In this document: positions 25,314-33,893 of the stretch, piece after piece
How the letters are laid out: each line of letters opens with the position of its first letter
Numbering within the stretch: position 1 is the stretch's first letter
Assembly (NCBI GenBank): GCA_023245145.1
Contig: JAHFKW010000001.1
Location: 75,823-135,416 of the forward strand
From: Candidatus Staskawiczbacteria bacterium
Lineage (GTDB): Bacteria > Patescibacteriota > Minisyncoccia > Minisyncoccales > Staskawiczbacteraceae
Length of the DNA stretch: 59,594 nucleotides
Reading direction: 5' to 3'
Notes under the pieces: model-generated
The model's input: only the letters and a program-made list of their open reading frames with translations
Told to the model about the DNA's origin: nothing
Database searches by the model: none
Position numbers and translations under genes: made by a program

Positions 25314-26184
25314 ACGTGGAAATTTTATCAATTAATGTATGAAATCCCAATTCTAAAAAGATGCTGGTTATTTTTTGCCGATCAAAATTACCAAATTTAC
25401 AATCTTCCAACTTAAAATTAATATTCACGTTTTTATCGGTTAAAACCAATTTCAATGACAAAAAAGCCTTATCTTTATCATTCTTTAAAGCCTCTTTTAT
25501 TTTTGGCTTCACAACCAACGTGTCGGTGGCTAACTCTAAATAGATATTTTCAATGCTACCGTAATTTTGAATTAATTGAGCGGCGATAGTCTTGCCGATA
25601 CCCAAAACCCCCGGAATATTATCCGAGCTATCACCGGTTAATGCTTTAAAGTCGTTCATTTGACTGGGAGACACGCCAAATCTTTCTTTCACGCGCCCTT
25701 CATCATATATGACGCTTTCTTTAATGCCCTTGCCCATTGTATAGACTTTTACTTTTTCGTCCACTAATTGCAGATTATCCAAATCTCCGCTTACAATAAA
25801 AACATCTGCATCTGATTTGGCTTTTTGTGAAATAGTTGCCACCAAATCATCGGCTTCAAAGCCTTCTTTTTCAAAAACCGGCACACAAAAAGCTTCCAAC
25901 ACTTTTTTCATTATGGGTATTTGAGAAGCAATACCTTCTGGCATGGGAGCTCGATGGGCTTTATATCCATCAAATTGTTCATGGCGAAACGTCGGTTTTT
26001 TGGTGTCAAAACAAGCTACCAAATAATTGGCATCTACATCTTTAATGGCTTTAAATAAAATCAATAAAAAACCGTAGACCGCATTAGTCATTTGCCCGTT
26101 TTTGTTGGTCAACGGCGGTAGAGCGTGAAAGGCTCTATATAATAGAGAGTGACCATCAATAATGATTAATTTTTTATCTGACAT
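25297..26184 (-). CDS. Stand-alone 5'-3' exonuclease (PolI N-terminal domain only)
   Basis: IIDGHSLLYRAFHALP, TNAVYGF, YKAHR, FEADD, SGDLD, GDSSDNIPGV; ends before any polymerase domain. Confidence 0.92.
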   Translation of the reverse strand: MSDKKLIIIDGHSLLYRAFHALPPLTNKNGQMTNAVYGFLLILFKAIKDVDANYLVACFDTKKPTFRHEQFDGYKAHRAPMPEGIASQIPIMKKVLEAFCVPVFEKEGFEADDLVATISQKAKSDADVFIVSGDLDNLQLVDEKVKVYTMGKGIKESVIYDEGRVKERFGVSPSQMNDFKALTGDSSDNIPGVLGIGKTIAAQLIQNYGSIENIYLELATDTLVVKPKIKEALKNDKDKAFLSLKLVLTDKNVNINFKLEDCKFGNFDRQKITSIFLELGFHTLIDKISTYARTT

Positions 26185-26212
26185 ATTTGCATTGTAGCAT
26201 TTTTTTGCAAAC

Positions 26213-26242
26213 AAAAAAGACCTTGTAGCACGTACTACAAGG
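26213..26242 (-). terminator. Intrinsic terminator of cassette 6
   Basis: ccttgtag / ctacaagg stem plus U tract. Confidence 0.7.
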
Positions 26243-26262
26243 CCCCGCGATATTGGGTGTAA

Positions 26263-26466
26263 TTAAACCGCAAAAACTCTTTTTTGTGGAATACCCTTGG
26301 CACAGACTATTGACCACGCCTCCTCACTGGGCATGCTCGTTTTCACGAACACTGTTGGCATCCTTGTGCAACTCGAAAGAGAAATGCCTGCCATTCCTCC
26401 AAGAGCATTCATGACTATAGCAATATGATTCATGTCATCGCATTCAATCCCAATCGTCGTAAGCAC
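26263..26466 (-). CDS. Hypothetical 67-aa protein (solo cassette 6)
   Basis: GGAGGA 7 nt upstream of GTG 26466; own terminator. Confidence 0.55.
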   Translation of the reverse strand: MLTTIGIECDDMNHIAIVMNALGGMAGISLSSCTRMPTVFVKTSMPSEEAWSIVCAKGIPQKRVFAV

Positions 26467-26518
26467 AGAATATTCCTCCAAAAAAAGAATGAGCGAATCG
26501 TTATTTATGGTAACTATA

Positions 26519-26977
26519 TTACAAATTTAAGCCTATGTCAATAGAGCGTTTATTCTCTTCCAAATGCCCAAAATTTATATTAACAGCATGCTTGGGTATT
26601 AAATCTGAAATTTTTTCCGGCCATTCAATAGCTACGATATTTTGTGGATCAGCAATTATTTCCTTAAAACCTAAATATAAAATATCTTCCGGATTTTCCA
26701 GGCGATAACAATCAAAGTGGTAAAAAAACCGAAAATTGCGAGATGTCGGAGATCTCGCAATGCTAAACTTTTTCATAATCACAAACGTGGGACTGTTCAC
26801 CGTTTCATCAATACCTAGTCCGCGGGCGAAACCTTGTAAAAATGTGGTTTTACCGGCGCCCAGGTCACCGCTTAAAGCCAAAACCACGGCTGAACCAGCC
26901 GTTTTTTGCCGCAAAATTTGCTTTGCAAATTTTGCGGCCATCTTTTGAGTTTCTTGTGCATTACGTGTAATTGACAT
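26519..26977 (-). CDS. tsaE: tRNA t6A biosynthesis ATPase TsaE
   Basis: LSGDLGAGKTTF, VNSPTF, HFDCYRL, IEWPE. Confidence 0.95.
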   Translation of the reverse strand: MSITRNAQETQKMAAKFAKQILRQKTAGSAVVLALSGDLGAGKTTFLQGFARGLGIDETVNSPTFVIMKKFSIARSPTSRNFRFFYHFDCYRLENPEDILYLGFKEIIADPQNIVAIEWPEKISDLIPKHAVNINFGHLEENKRSIDIGLNL

Positions 26978-27005
26978 TTAAAGTGTAATAGATTAATTTG
27001 AATTC

Positions 27006-27719
27006 ATGAATGATGAAGTTAAAAAACTGATTAGTGGTGCTAAAAATATTTGCCTAATTACTAACGAAGAGCCAGAAGGCTTAGCCGCTTTATTGGCTCT
27101 TTTTTATACTTTAAAGGATTTAGGCAAACATGTAAACATTATCCCCTCAACATTTCCCGAAAAAATGCACTTCTTAATACCCTCACTCGATTTTATCGGT
27201 CAACCTCAAAATTTTGTCGTTTCCATCCCACGCACCACCGCCGATATTTCCCAAATTTACTATGAAAAAAATGAAGACCACTTAAAAATACATTTGACTG
27301 TCGGCAATGGCCATCTTACAAAAGAAAATATATCTTTTTATGCTGAAAATGTAAAACCGGACCTAGTCATTACTCTTGGTATTCAGGATTTTAAAAAGCA
27401 ATTAGCGGTTCGCTTAGATGCTTTCGGATTTTTACTTGATACACCGATTTTAAACATAGATAATAAAGTGGAAAATATAAAATTTGGGATAGTTAATTTT
27501 ATTGGCTCTAAAAGTCTTTGTGAGATAGTATTAGATATACTGCAGTATATCGACGAAAACTTAATAACTAAAAATTCAGCTAACTGTATTCTGGCGGGCA
27601 TTGTCATGCACTACCAACACTTTAAAAATCCCGAAACAAATTCGCAGACCTTTCAAACCATTTCCGAGTTAATAAAAAAGGGCGCAGATTATCACAACAT
27701 TATTAAATCATTATCATAG
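27006..27719 (+). CDS. Degenerate DHH-family (NrnA-like) protein
   Basis: Layout resembles DHH phosphoesterases (PDLVITLG, ILNID, ANCILAGI, ELIKKGAD) but the catalytic DxD and DHH motifs are absent. Confidence 0.6.
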   Translation: MNDEVKKLISGAKNICLITNEEPEGLAALLALFYTLKDLGKHVNIIPSTFPEKMHFLIPSLDFIGQPQNFVVSIPRTTADISQIYYEKNEDHLKIHLTVGNGHLTKENISFYAENVKPDLVITLGIQDFKKQLAVRLDAFGFLLDTPILNIDNKVENIKFGIVNFIGSKSLCEIVLDILQYIDENLITKNSANCILAGIVMHYQHFKNPETNSQTFQTISELIKKGADYHNIIKSLS

Positions 27720-27720
27720 T

Positions 27721-29034
27721 ATGTCAGAAGAAAATAGCATATTGGGCTTAGTTACCATTGCGCCTGAAATTATTGAGGGCATGAACAAAGATGTTAAAAG
27801 CATAACCGATTTTAAGGAAATTATAGAAGTCTATATTGCCCAAAACACCACCGAGCTTTTAGATGTCCTGCTCTATGGCGCCATTCATCTTGGAGCTTCC
27901 GATATTCATTTTGAACCACAAGAAGATAAGGTGAGATTAAGAATTAGACTGGATGGTAATTTGCAAGACATCGCCTTTTTTAAAAAAGATATTTACCACA
28001 ATATTTTAAACCGTCTAAAGCTTATCTCCAAAATTAAACTCAATATCACCGACAAACCCCAAGACGGCCGATTTACTATTGAGACAGCCGAAGCCTTAAT
28101 CGAAATGAGAACATCCAGCTTGCCTTCTGAATATGGAGAATCGGTGGTAATGAGAATTTTAGATGCCAAAAACTTAAAAAATATAGAGTCGCTCGGATTG
28201 CGTAAAGATATATATGATATTTTTGTAAAAGAAATAAAGAGACCCAATGGCATGATTGTGGTAACGGGTCCCACGGGATCGGGAAAGACCACCACTTTAT
28301 ACGCCTTTTTAATGAAAATTCAAAATCCAGAAATTAAAATTATCACCATTGAAGACCCCATAGAATACCATATTAAAGGCATTTCTCAAACTCAAGCTTC
28401 GCCGGAAAAAGGCTATGGTTTTGCGGAAGGATTAAAATCAATTGTTCGTCAAGATCCCGATGTGATTTTGGTTGGCGAAATCAGAGATTTGGAAACCGCC
28501 AAAATTGCCCTTCAGGCCTCACTCACTGGGCACTTGGTACTTTCCACTCTGCACACCAATGACTCGGCTGGCACTGTGCCAAGGTTAATTGATTTGGGAG
28601 CTGGAGCGTCATCCGTTGCCCCTGCCTTAAAAATGGTTATTGCCCAGCGCCTAGTCAGAAAGGTGTGTCGAGAATGTTCAAAGTTAACTCAACCATCAGC
28701 CGAGCAATTAAAAGAAATCAAAACGGGATTAAAAAACTTGTCTAAAGAAGTCCAAATTCCAGATTTAGATAAAATCCAAATTGCCAAGATTTCAGAAAAA
28801 GGCTGTACGGTGTGCAGTTTTACTGGCTACAAAGGCAGAACGGGACTGTATGAAGTATTTTTGGTTGACTCCGAAATGGAAAAATTTATTTTGTCCAACC
28901 CACCCGTTTCAGACATCAAAGAATTAGCCATTAAAAATGGCATGGTAACTATTTGGCAATCCGGATTAATTGAAGTAGCGCTAGGCATCACCACCTTAGA
29001 AGAAGTTAAAAAAGTCGTCGGCGAAGACGAATAA
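27721..29034 (+). CDS. GspE/PilB-family pilus assembly ATPase
   Basis: ASDIHFEP, PQDGRF, GPTGSGKTTTLY, TIEDPIEY, RQDPDVILVGEIRD, TGHLVLSTLHTN, CxxC pairs. Confidence 0.93.
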   Translation: MSEENSILGLVTIAPEIIEGMNKDVKSITDFKEIIEVYIAQNTTELLDVLLYGAIHLGASDIHFEPQEDKVRLRIRLDGNLQDIAFFKKDIYHNILNRLKLISKIKLNITDKPQDGRFTIETAEALIEMRTSSLPSEYGESVVMRILDAKNLKNIESLGLRKDIYDIFVKEIKRPNGMIVVTGPTGSGKTTTLYAFLMKIQNPEIKIITIEDPIEYHIKGISQTQASPEKGYGFAEGLKSIVRQDPDVILVGEIRDLETAKIALQASLTGHLVLSTLHTNDSAGTVPRLIDLGAGASSVAPALKMVIAQRLVRKVCRECSKLTQPSAEQLKEIKTGLKNLSKEVQIPDLDKIQIAKISEKGCTVCSFTGYKGRTGLYEVFLVDSEMEKFILSNPPVSDIKELAIKNGMVTIWQSGLIEVALGITTLEEVKKVVGEDE

Positions 29035-29171
29035 AAAACAGCTCTGGAGTTGGAGGAGCATGCTATCTGGGATAGCAGTAAAGGTTTTCCTGAGGAATAA
29101 TCGAGCCGGAGCCAGATTATCCATTACTAAGGAAAGCCCATATAAGACCTCCAACTCCACAGCTGTTTTTT
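29033..29171 (-). ncRNA. Structured rod-like RNA, 6S RNA candidate
   Basis: Closing stem tggagttggagg/cctccaactcca, central bubble with side hairpin tgctatc/gatagca, inner stems ggttttcct/aggaaagcc and ataatc/gattat, T runs at both ends. Strand inferred. Confidence 0.5.
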
Positions 29172-29216
29172 AAGCTAATTTACCCAATATCTTAATCTTA
29201 GCATAAACAAGTACTT

Positions 29217-30206
29217 ATGTCAATACCTAATGACGATTTATTAGATTCAGCCTTAAGACCCAAAACCTGGTCGGATTATGTTGGTCAAGAAAAAATCAAG
29301 GAAAATATTAGAGTAATTCTCACTGCCGCCAAGCAACGAAGCCAATCCCCCGACCATTTGTTACTCTATGGAAATTCGGGATTGGGTAAAACCACTCTAG
29401 CTTATCTGGTAGCTCTAGAAATGGGCAAAAAAATCAGGGTTACAACGGGCCCAGCCATAGAACGAGCCGGCGACTTGGCAGCCATTTTAACTAACCTGCA
29501 AGAAGGCGATATATTGTTTTTAGATGAAATCCATAGGATTCATAAAACCGTAGAGGAGTACATTTATCCAGCCATGGAAGAATATAAGCTAAACCTGATT
29601 TTGGGTAAAGGGCCCATGGCGCGCACCATGGAATTAAAACTACCCCATTTTACCTTGATAGGAGCGACTACCAGACCCGGACTTTTATCGGCCCCTCTGC
29701 GTAACCGCTTTGGCGCAACTTTTCAATTGAATTTTTATAAACCCGAAGATATTGAAAAAATCATTGATCGCTCTGCTCGGCTCTTACAAATACCCATAGA
29801 CCCTGAAGCGATAAAAATCATTGCCAAACGCTCCAGATTCACTCCGCGAGTAGCCAACCGGCTTTTAAAAAGAGCTCGAGATTTTGGCCAAGTGCAAAAT
29901 CATAACATTATCACCAAAGAAATTGCCGAACACGCACTATCTTCGCTGGAAGTTGATTCCATGGGACTTGAGCCGGGCGATATTAAAATTTTAACAGCTC
30001 TAATTGAAAAATTTGATGGCGGGCCGGTGGGATTGCAATCGCTAGCGGCGGCGGCCATGGAAGAAGAGGGTACTATCTTAGATATGTACGAACCCTATTT
30101 ATTACAGTGTGGATTTATTGAGCGAACACAGAGGGGCAGAGTTGCATCAAAACTAGCCTATGAACATCTAGGCTTAAAATACCCCAAAACTCAGCGTATT
30201 ATCTAG
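29217..30206 (+). CDS. ruvB: Holliday junction helicase RuvB
   Basis: LRPKTWSDYVGQ, GLGKTTLA, FLDEIHR, FTLIGATTR, TPRVANRLL, YEPYLLQ. Confidence 0.97.
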   Translation: MSIPNDDLLDSALRPKTWSDYVGQEKIKENIRVILTAAKQRSQSPDHLLLYGNSGLGKTTLAYLVALEMGKKIRVTTGPAIERAGDLAAILTNLQEGDILFLDEIHRIHKTVEEYIYPAMEEYKLNLILGKGPMARTMELKLPHFTLIGATTRPGLLSAPLRNRFGATFQLNFYKPEDIEKIIDRSARLLQIPIDPEAIKIIAKRSRFTPRVANRLLKRARDFGQVQNHNIITKEIAEHALSSLEVDSMGLEPGDIKILTALIEKFDGGPVGLQSLAAAAMEEEGTILDMYEPYLLQCGFIERTQRGRVASKLAYEHLGLKYPKTQRII

Positions 30207-31662
30207 CTATCGGAAGAGTAAAGCTAAAAACAGAACCTCGATTTTCTCCCTCGCTTTCATACGATAGCTTCCCTTTATTATTTTCAATTAAATTTTTACA
30301 GATATAAAGCCCCAAACCCGATCCATCTGGGCGGGATAATAATGCTTTTTTAGCGCGATAAAACTTTTGCCCCATTTTTTCTTTATCCTCAATCAAGAAA
30401 CCGATGCCCGTATCCCTGATATTAACTTTTACATATCCATCTATTAATTCATAACTTATAATTATACTTCCCTGTTGAGTATAAGAAATGGCGTTGTCCA
30501 AAAGATTGTATATTACATTGTTAATTTGTTTGGCGTCACATAGTACAGGCGGTATAACAAAATCAGAAGGCTGAATGGAAACAATAATATCTTTTTTGGT
30601 AGTAGCAATTGTTTTTTGTTTATCTAAAACCACCTGTTCTACTATCATGGCGATATTGTTTTTTTGGACATCAATCCTTGTTTGACCTTCTGATTTCATG
30701 GTATTCCAAAAATCTTCCACCACCTGATTCATTCTGGTTAATCCACCGCCCCAATATTCCATACCTTCTTTGGGTGTTAAGGTATTATCTTTAACCATAG
30801 CATAAGCATTTTTCATAATGGAAAGCGGGGTATTTAGTTGGTGGTTCGCCACAGCAATAAATTCTGTTTTACCTCTATCGATTTCAATAATCATTCTGGC
30901 GATAAAAAATGCGACGAATACTACAAAGCCTCCTAAAATAAGGCTGATAATAGCGGTCGTGAGTAATAAAATATTTTTAATGGCGCGAGCACCGTCGCCC
31001 AACACGGCGGAAAAAAGTTTTTCAAAGCGCGTCAACTCATTATCCTGCTCATTAAGTCTTTTTACCAGAGCATTGATTTGACCTGCCCGAATCGTTTTTT
31101 GTATTGAATCGTTTTGATCGTAGGCCTTAGAAACAACATCGTGCATTTCCCTGCCAAGAGCCACAAATGATGTAACTAATGTATCGTCTCCAAAAACCCA
31201 CAATTGAATGGCCCTTTGCATATACACCACGTTTTTAAAGTTACGATACAAAAAATATGAATCATTCACATCATCGGGATGAATTCCGACCTTAATCCAA
31301 GTATTTTTAATAAATTCAAAATCGGGATTCTTTTTTTCCAACTCAAGTCGAACAGCTTTATAATCTAACGGCACCTGCATTAAATTCAGAAAGTTTTGAT
31401 AATCGCTTTCTTGGGAAGTAATAGAATACTCCAAAAGACTGTTGGTGGCCGCTTTTTGAGCTTTAGACCAAAGCCCCTCACCAGCCACATACGAACGAAT
31501 ACCCGAAGTAATTTTCATACCAAGCCAAAAATTTCCGAATTCAAATAAGAGAGTTAATACGATCAGTAAAATAATAATAGAAAGTTTTTTACCTAAAGAC
31601 AGGCCTCTTAGCCATTGAGTAAAAATATTTTTATTATGATATTGTTTTTGAGAGGTAATCAT
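30199..31662 (-). CDS. Membrane sensor histidine kinase
   Basis: Two TM segments; H-box ANHQLNTPLS, N-box NLLDNAISY, DTGIG, GSGLGLYI, GSVFSFTLP. Confidence 0.9.
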   Translation of the reverse strand: MITSQKQYHNKNIFTQWLRGLSLGKKLSIIILLIVLTLLFEFGNFWLGMKITSGIRSYVAGEGLWSKAQKAATNSLLEYSITSQESDYQNFLNLMQVPLDYKAVRLELEKKNPDFEFIKNTWIKVGIHPDDVNDSYFLYRNFKNVVYMQRAIQLWVFGDDTLVTSFVALGREMHDVVSKAYDQNDSIQKTIRAGQINALVKRLNEQDNELTRFEKLFSAVLGDGARAIKNILLLTTAIISLILGGFVVFVAFFIARMIIEIDRGKTEFIAVANHQLNTPLSIMKNAYAMVKDNTLTPKEGMEYWGGGLTRMNQVVEDFWNTMKSEGQTRIDVQKNNIAMIVEQVVLDKQKTIATTKKDIIVSIQPSDFVIPPVLCDAKQINNVIYNLLDNAISYTQQGSIIISYELIDGYVKVNIRDTGIGFLIEDKEKMGQKFYRAKKALLSRPDGSGLGLYICKNLIENNKGKLSYESEGENRGSVFSFTLPIAR

Positions 31663-31743
31663 GACGAGAACGATTTATGATATTATAATACCATACTTGT
31701 AATATTATTTTAATAGAAGTGTATTTTTTGGTACAATAAAAAT

Positions 31744-32265
31744 ATGTATAAAGTATTTTACGCATTATTGTTATTACTATTTTTCCCGGCCTTAGTTTAC
31801 GCAACCGATGGTATTGAAATTAATACCGCTTCACTTGGACAATTGGATGCGCTGGCGGGCGTAGGGCCGGTTATTGCCCAGCGTATCATTGATGCCCGTC
31901 CCTACGCCTCTTTAAATGATTTACTGCGAGTGAAGGGTATTGGAGAAAAAACGCTCCAAAAAATAAAAGACCAGGGACTGGCTTATGTTACAGTTTTATC
32001 AGTAACAGAAGCAACGAATCCTTCGCTACCAACACCAGCACCCTCAAAAACAGCCCCCAAGGCCTTGCCAAAAACCGAAAAATCAGCTAAGAAAACAATT
32101 GTAACACCCTCTGCGGTGTCTTTACCCATCAAGCAAGCCGTAGAGCAAAATAATGCCCAAAATCCCAAGCTATTGTTTTTAATCGTCGCGGGGATTATCA
32201 TTATTTCCAGTGCAATATTTTTTATTATTAAATTCACACTATCCAAAATCCATGAGCGGTCATAG
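31744..32265 (+). CDS. comEA: ComEA-like helix-hairpin-helix DNA-binding protein
   Basis: Signal peptide; IEINTAS..LDALAGVGPVIAQRII..DLLRVKGIGEK; C-terminal TM helix. Confidence 0.85.
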   Translation: MYKVFYALLLLLFFPALVYATDGIEINTASLGQLDALAGVGPVIAQRIIDARPYASLNDLLRVKGIGEKTLQKIKDQGLAYVTVLSVTEATNPSLPTPAPSKTAPKALPKTEKSAKKTIVTPSAVSLPIKQAVEQNNAQNPKLLFLIVAGIIIISSAIFFIIKFTLSKIHERS

Positions 32266-32971
32266 TCACGCCAAAACCGTCGCGGCCACCAAAAACGCCA
32301 ACGACGCCAAAAAGGGAAAAATCTTCTCAAAGATGGGCAGAGTTATTACCATTGCGGTTAAAGAAAAAGGTGCCGATATTTCTATTAATTCCAGCCTCAA
32401 AGCGCTCATTGAAAAAGCCAAAGAGTTTAATATGCCTAAAGAAAATATTGAGAGAGCTATCAAAAAAGGTACCGGCGAGTTGGCGGGAGAGTCTTTGGAA
32501 AACGTTTCATTTGAAGCACTTGGTCCCGGTGGTGTGGCTATTATTATGGAAGGAATCACCGACAATACCAACCGAACACTAGGTGAAATCAAAGGTATTT
32601 TAAGTCAATACAACGGAAAAATGGCCGGCGAAGGAGCGGTTCGCTGGATGTTTGAAAGAAAGGGGCTGATTGAAATTGATGTCGTGGGCAAAAAATCGGA
32701 AGATTTGGAGCTTTTAGCCATTGAGGCCGGCGCGGATGATATTCAACTACAAGAAGCCATTGGTTTTATTTACACCCAGCCGGAAGATTTGGAGAAAGTG
32801 AAAAAAATATTGGAAGAAAAACTGATTAAAGTAAATACTGCGTCGTTGGGTTGGTTTGCCAAAGAAGAAATTGAGATAGACGAAAAAGAGAAAGAGCGTC
32901 TGCAGAAGTTATTTGACGCCCTAGACGAAAACGACGCCGTACAAAATATTTACTCAAATCTTAAAAACTAA
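32252..32971 (+). CDS. yebC: YebC/PmpR family protein
   Basis: MSGHSH, DAKKGKIFSK, NMPKENIERAIKK, GPGGVA, TDNTNRT, VQNIYSN. Confidence 0.95.
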   Translation: MSGHSHAKTVAATKNANDAKKGKIFSKMGRVITIAVKEKGADISINSSLKALIEKAKEFNMPKENIERAIKKGTGELAGESLENVSFEALGPGGVAIIMEGITDNTNRTLGEIKGILSQYNGKMAGEGAVRWMFERKGLIEIDVVGKKSEDLELLAIEAGADDIQLQEAIGFIYTQPEDLEKVKKILEEKLIKVNTASLGWFAKEEIEIDEKEKERLQKLFDALDENDAVQNIYSNLKN

Positions 32972-33496
32972 ATGATTATTTTGGGAATTGACCCGGGACT
33001 GGCTACGGTTGGCTACGCCGTTTTAAAAACCATAATTCCAGCCAATAAAAAACAAGACCGAAACGAAAAACCTAAAGTGCTGGATTTTGGCTGTATTACC
33101 ACCAGCGCCGCGTGGACTCCAGGCGAAAGATTAGTAAAAATTAATAAAGAAATATTAAGTTTAATTGAAATCCACGATCCCGATATTATTTCAGTTGAAA
33201 GTTTGTTCTTTTTCAAAAATGTAAAAACTGCCATGCCCGTCAGCCAGGCCAAGGGCGTGATTTTATTTACGGCCGCCAAAAAGAATATTGCAATCGTAGA
33301 ATTTACACCCCTGCAGGTAAAAATGACTATGACAGGACATGGTCGAGCTGAAAAATCACAAGTCCAAGCCATGACCAAGCAATTATTAGATTTAAGTGCT
33401 TTTGACAATAAACACAAAGACAGAAAGAAAGACGATGCGGCGGACGCTTTGGGTGTTGCGCTCTGTGCCGTTTTACATCACAAACACAGCCTGTGA
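32972..33496 (+). CDS. ruvC: Holliday junction resolvase RuvC
   Basis: ILGIDPG, VESLFF, FTPLQVK, GRAEKSQV, DDAADAL. Confidence 0.96.
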   Translation: MIILGIDPGLATVGYAVLKTIIPANKKQDRNEKPKVLDFGCITTSAAWTPGERLVKINKEILSLIEIHDPDIISVESLFFFKNVKTAMPVSQAKGVILFTAAKKNIAIVEFTPLQVKMTMTGHGRAEKSQVQAMTKQLLDLSAFDNKHKDRKKDDAADALGVALCAVLHHKHSL

Positions 33497-33506
33497 AAAA
33501 CTGCTA

Positions 33507-33534
33507 TTGACAATAGTCTGTGAAAAAATATAAT
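33507..33534 (+). promoter_or_regulatory. Consensus sigma70 promoter for the acidic peptide
   Basis: TTGACA-N16-TATAAT; ctgtgaaaaa direct repeats at 33491 and 33518. Confidence 0.7.
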
Positions 33535-33554
33535 GGTAAAGGTATATAATTAAT

Positions 33555-33643
33555 TTACAATTTGAAATTTACAATTTAAAATCAATCTGAAATATTCAAT
33601 ATTCAATGATTGACTTTAAATTTATAATTTCAAATTTCAAATT
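33555..33643. repeat. AT-rich heptamer-repeat hairpin
   Basis: aatttgaaatttacaatttaaa...tttaaatttataatttcaaatttcaaatt; related to 7976-8010 and 53575-53604. Confidence 0.65.
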
Positions 33644-33648
33644 CAAAA

Positions 33649-33807
33649 ATGGAAGATGATATTTTAAATGTGTTAAGTCAATCGGATGATTTTGATGATG
33701 ATGCCACCTTAGATGACGACGAAGAAGAGAAAGAAGAAGACGGAGAACTGGAGGAAGAAGAGACGACTGACGACACAGATGAAGACGACCCCATGGAAAC
33801 AGAGTAG
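33649..33807 (+). CDS. 52-aa hyper-acidic protein
   Basis: MEDDILNVLSQSDDFDDDATLDDDEEEKEEDGELEEEETTDDTDEDDPMETE (30 of 52 residues D/E); own promoter and terminator; below the ORF-track cutoff. Confidence 0.7.
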   Translation: MEDDILNVLSQSDDFDDDATLDDDEEEKEEDGELEEEETTDDTDEDDPMETE

Positions 33808-33827
33808 TTTATACATAGTAATATATA

Positions 33828-33857
33828 AAAACAATACCCCTTTTGGGGTTTTTGTTT
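33828..33857 (+). terminator. Terminator after the acidic peptide
   Basis: acccc-tttt-ggggt hairpin followed by a T-rich tract. Confidence 0.6.
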
Positions 33858-33893
33858 CAGAGCTTTTAAGGTATCATTAAATAGTCAATATCT

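Noticed and set aside
27006..27719. Active NrnA/DHH phosphoesterase
   Set aside because: The catalytic DxD and DHH motifs are missing (NIDNK at the DHH position).
29033..29171. SRP RNA or tRNA
   Set aside because: No SRP domain IV pattern (CAGG..GNAA..AGCAG) and no cloverleaf or CCA end.
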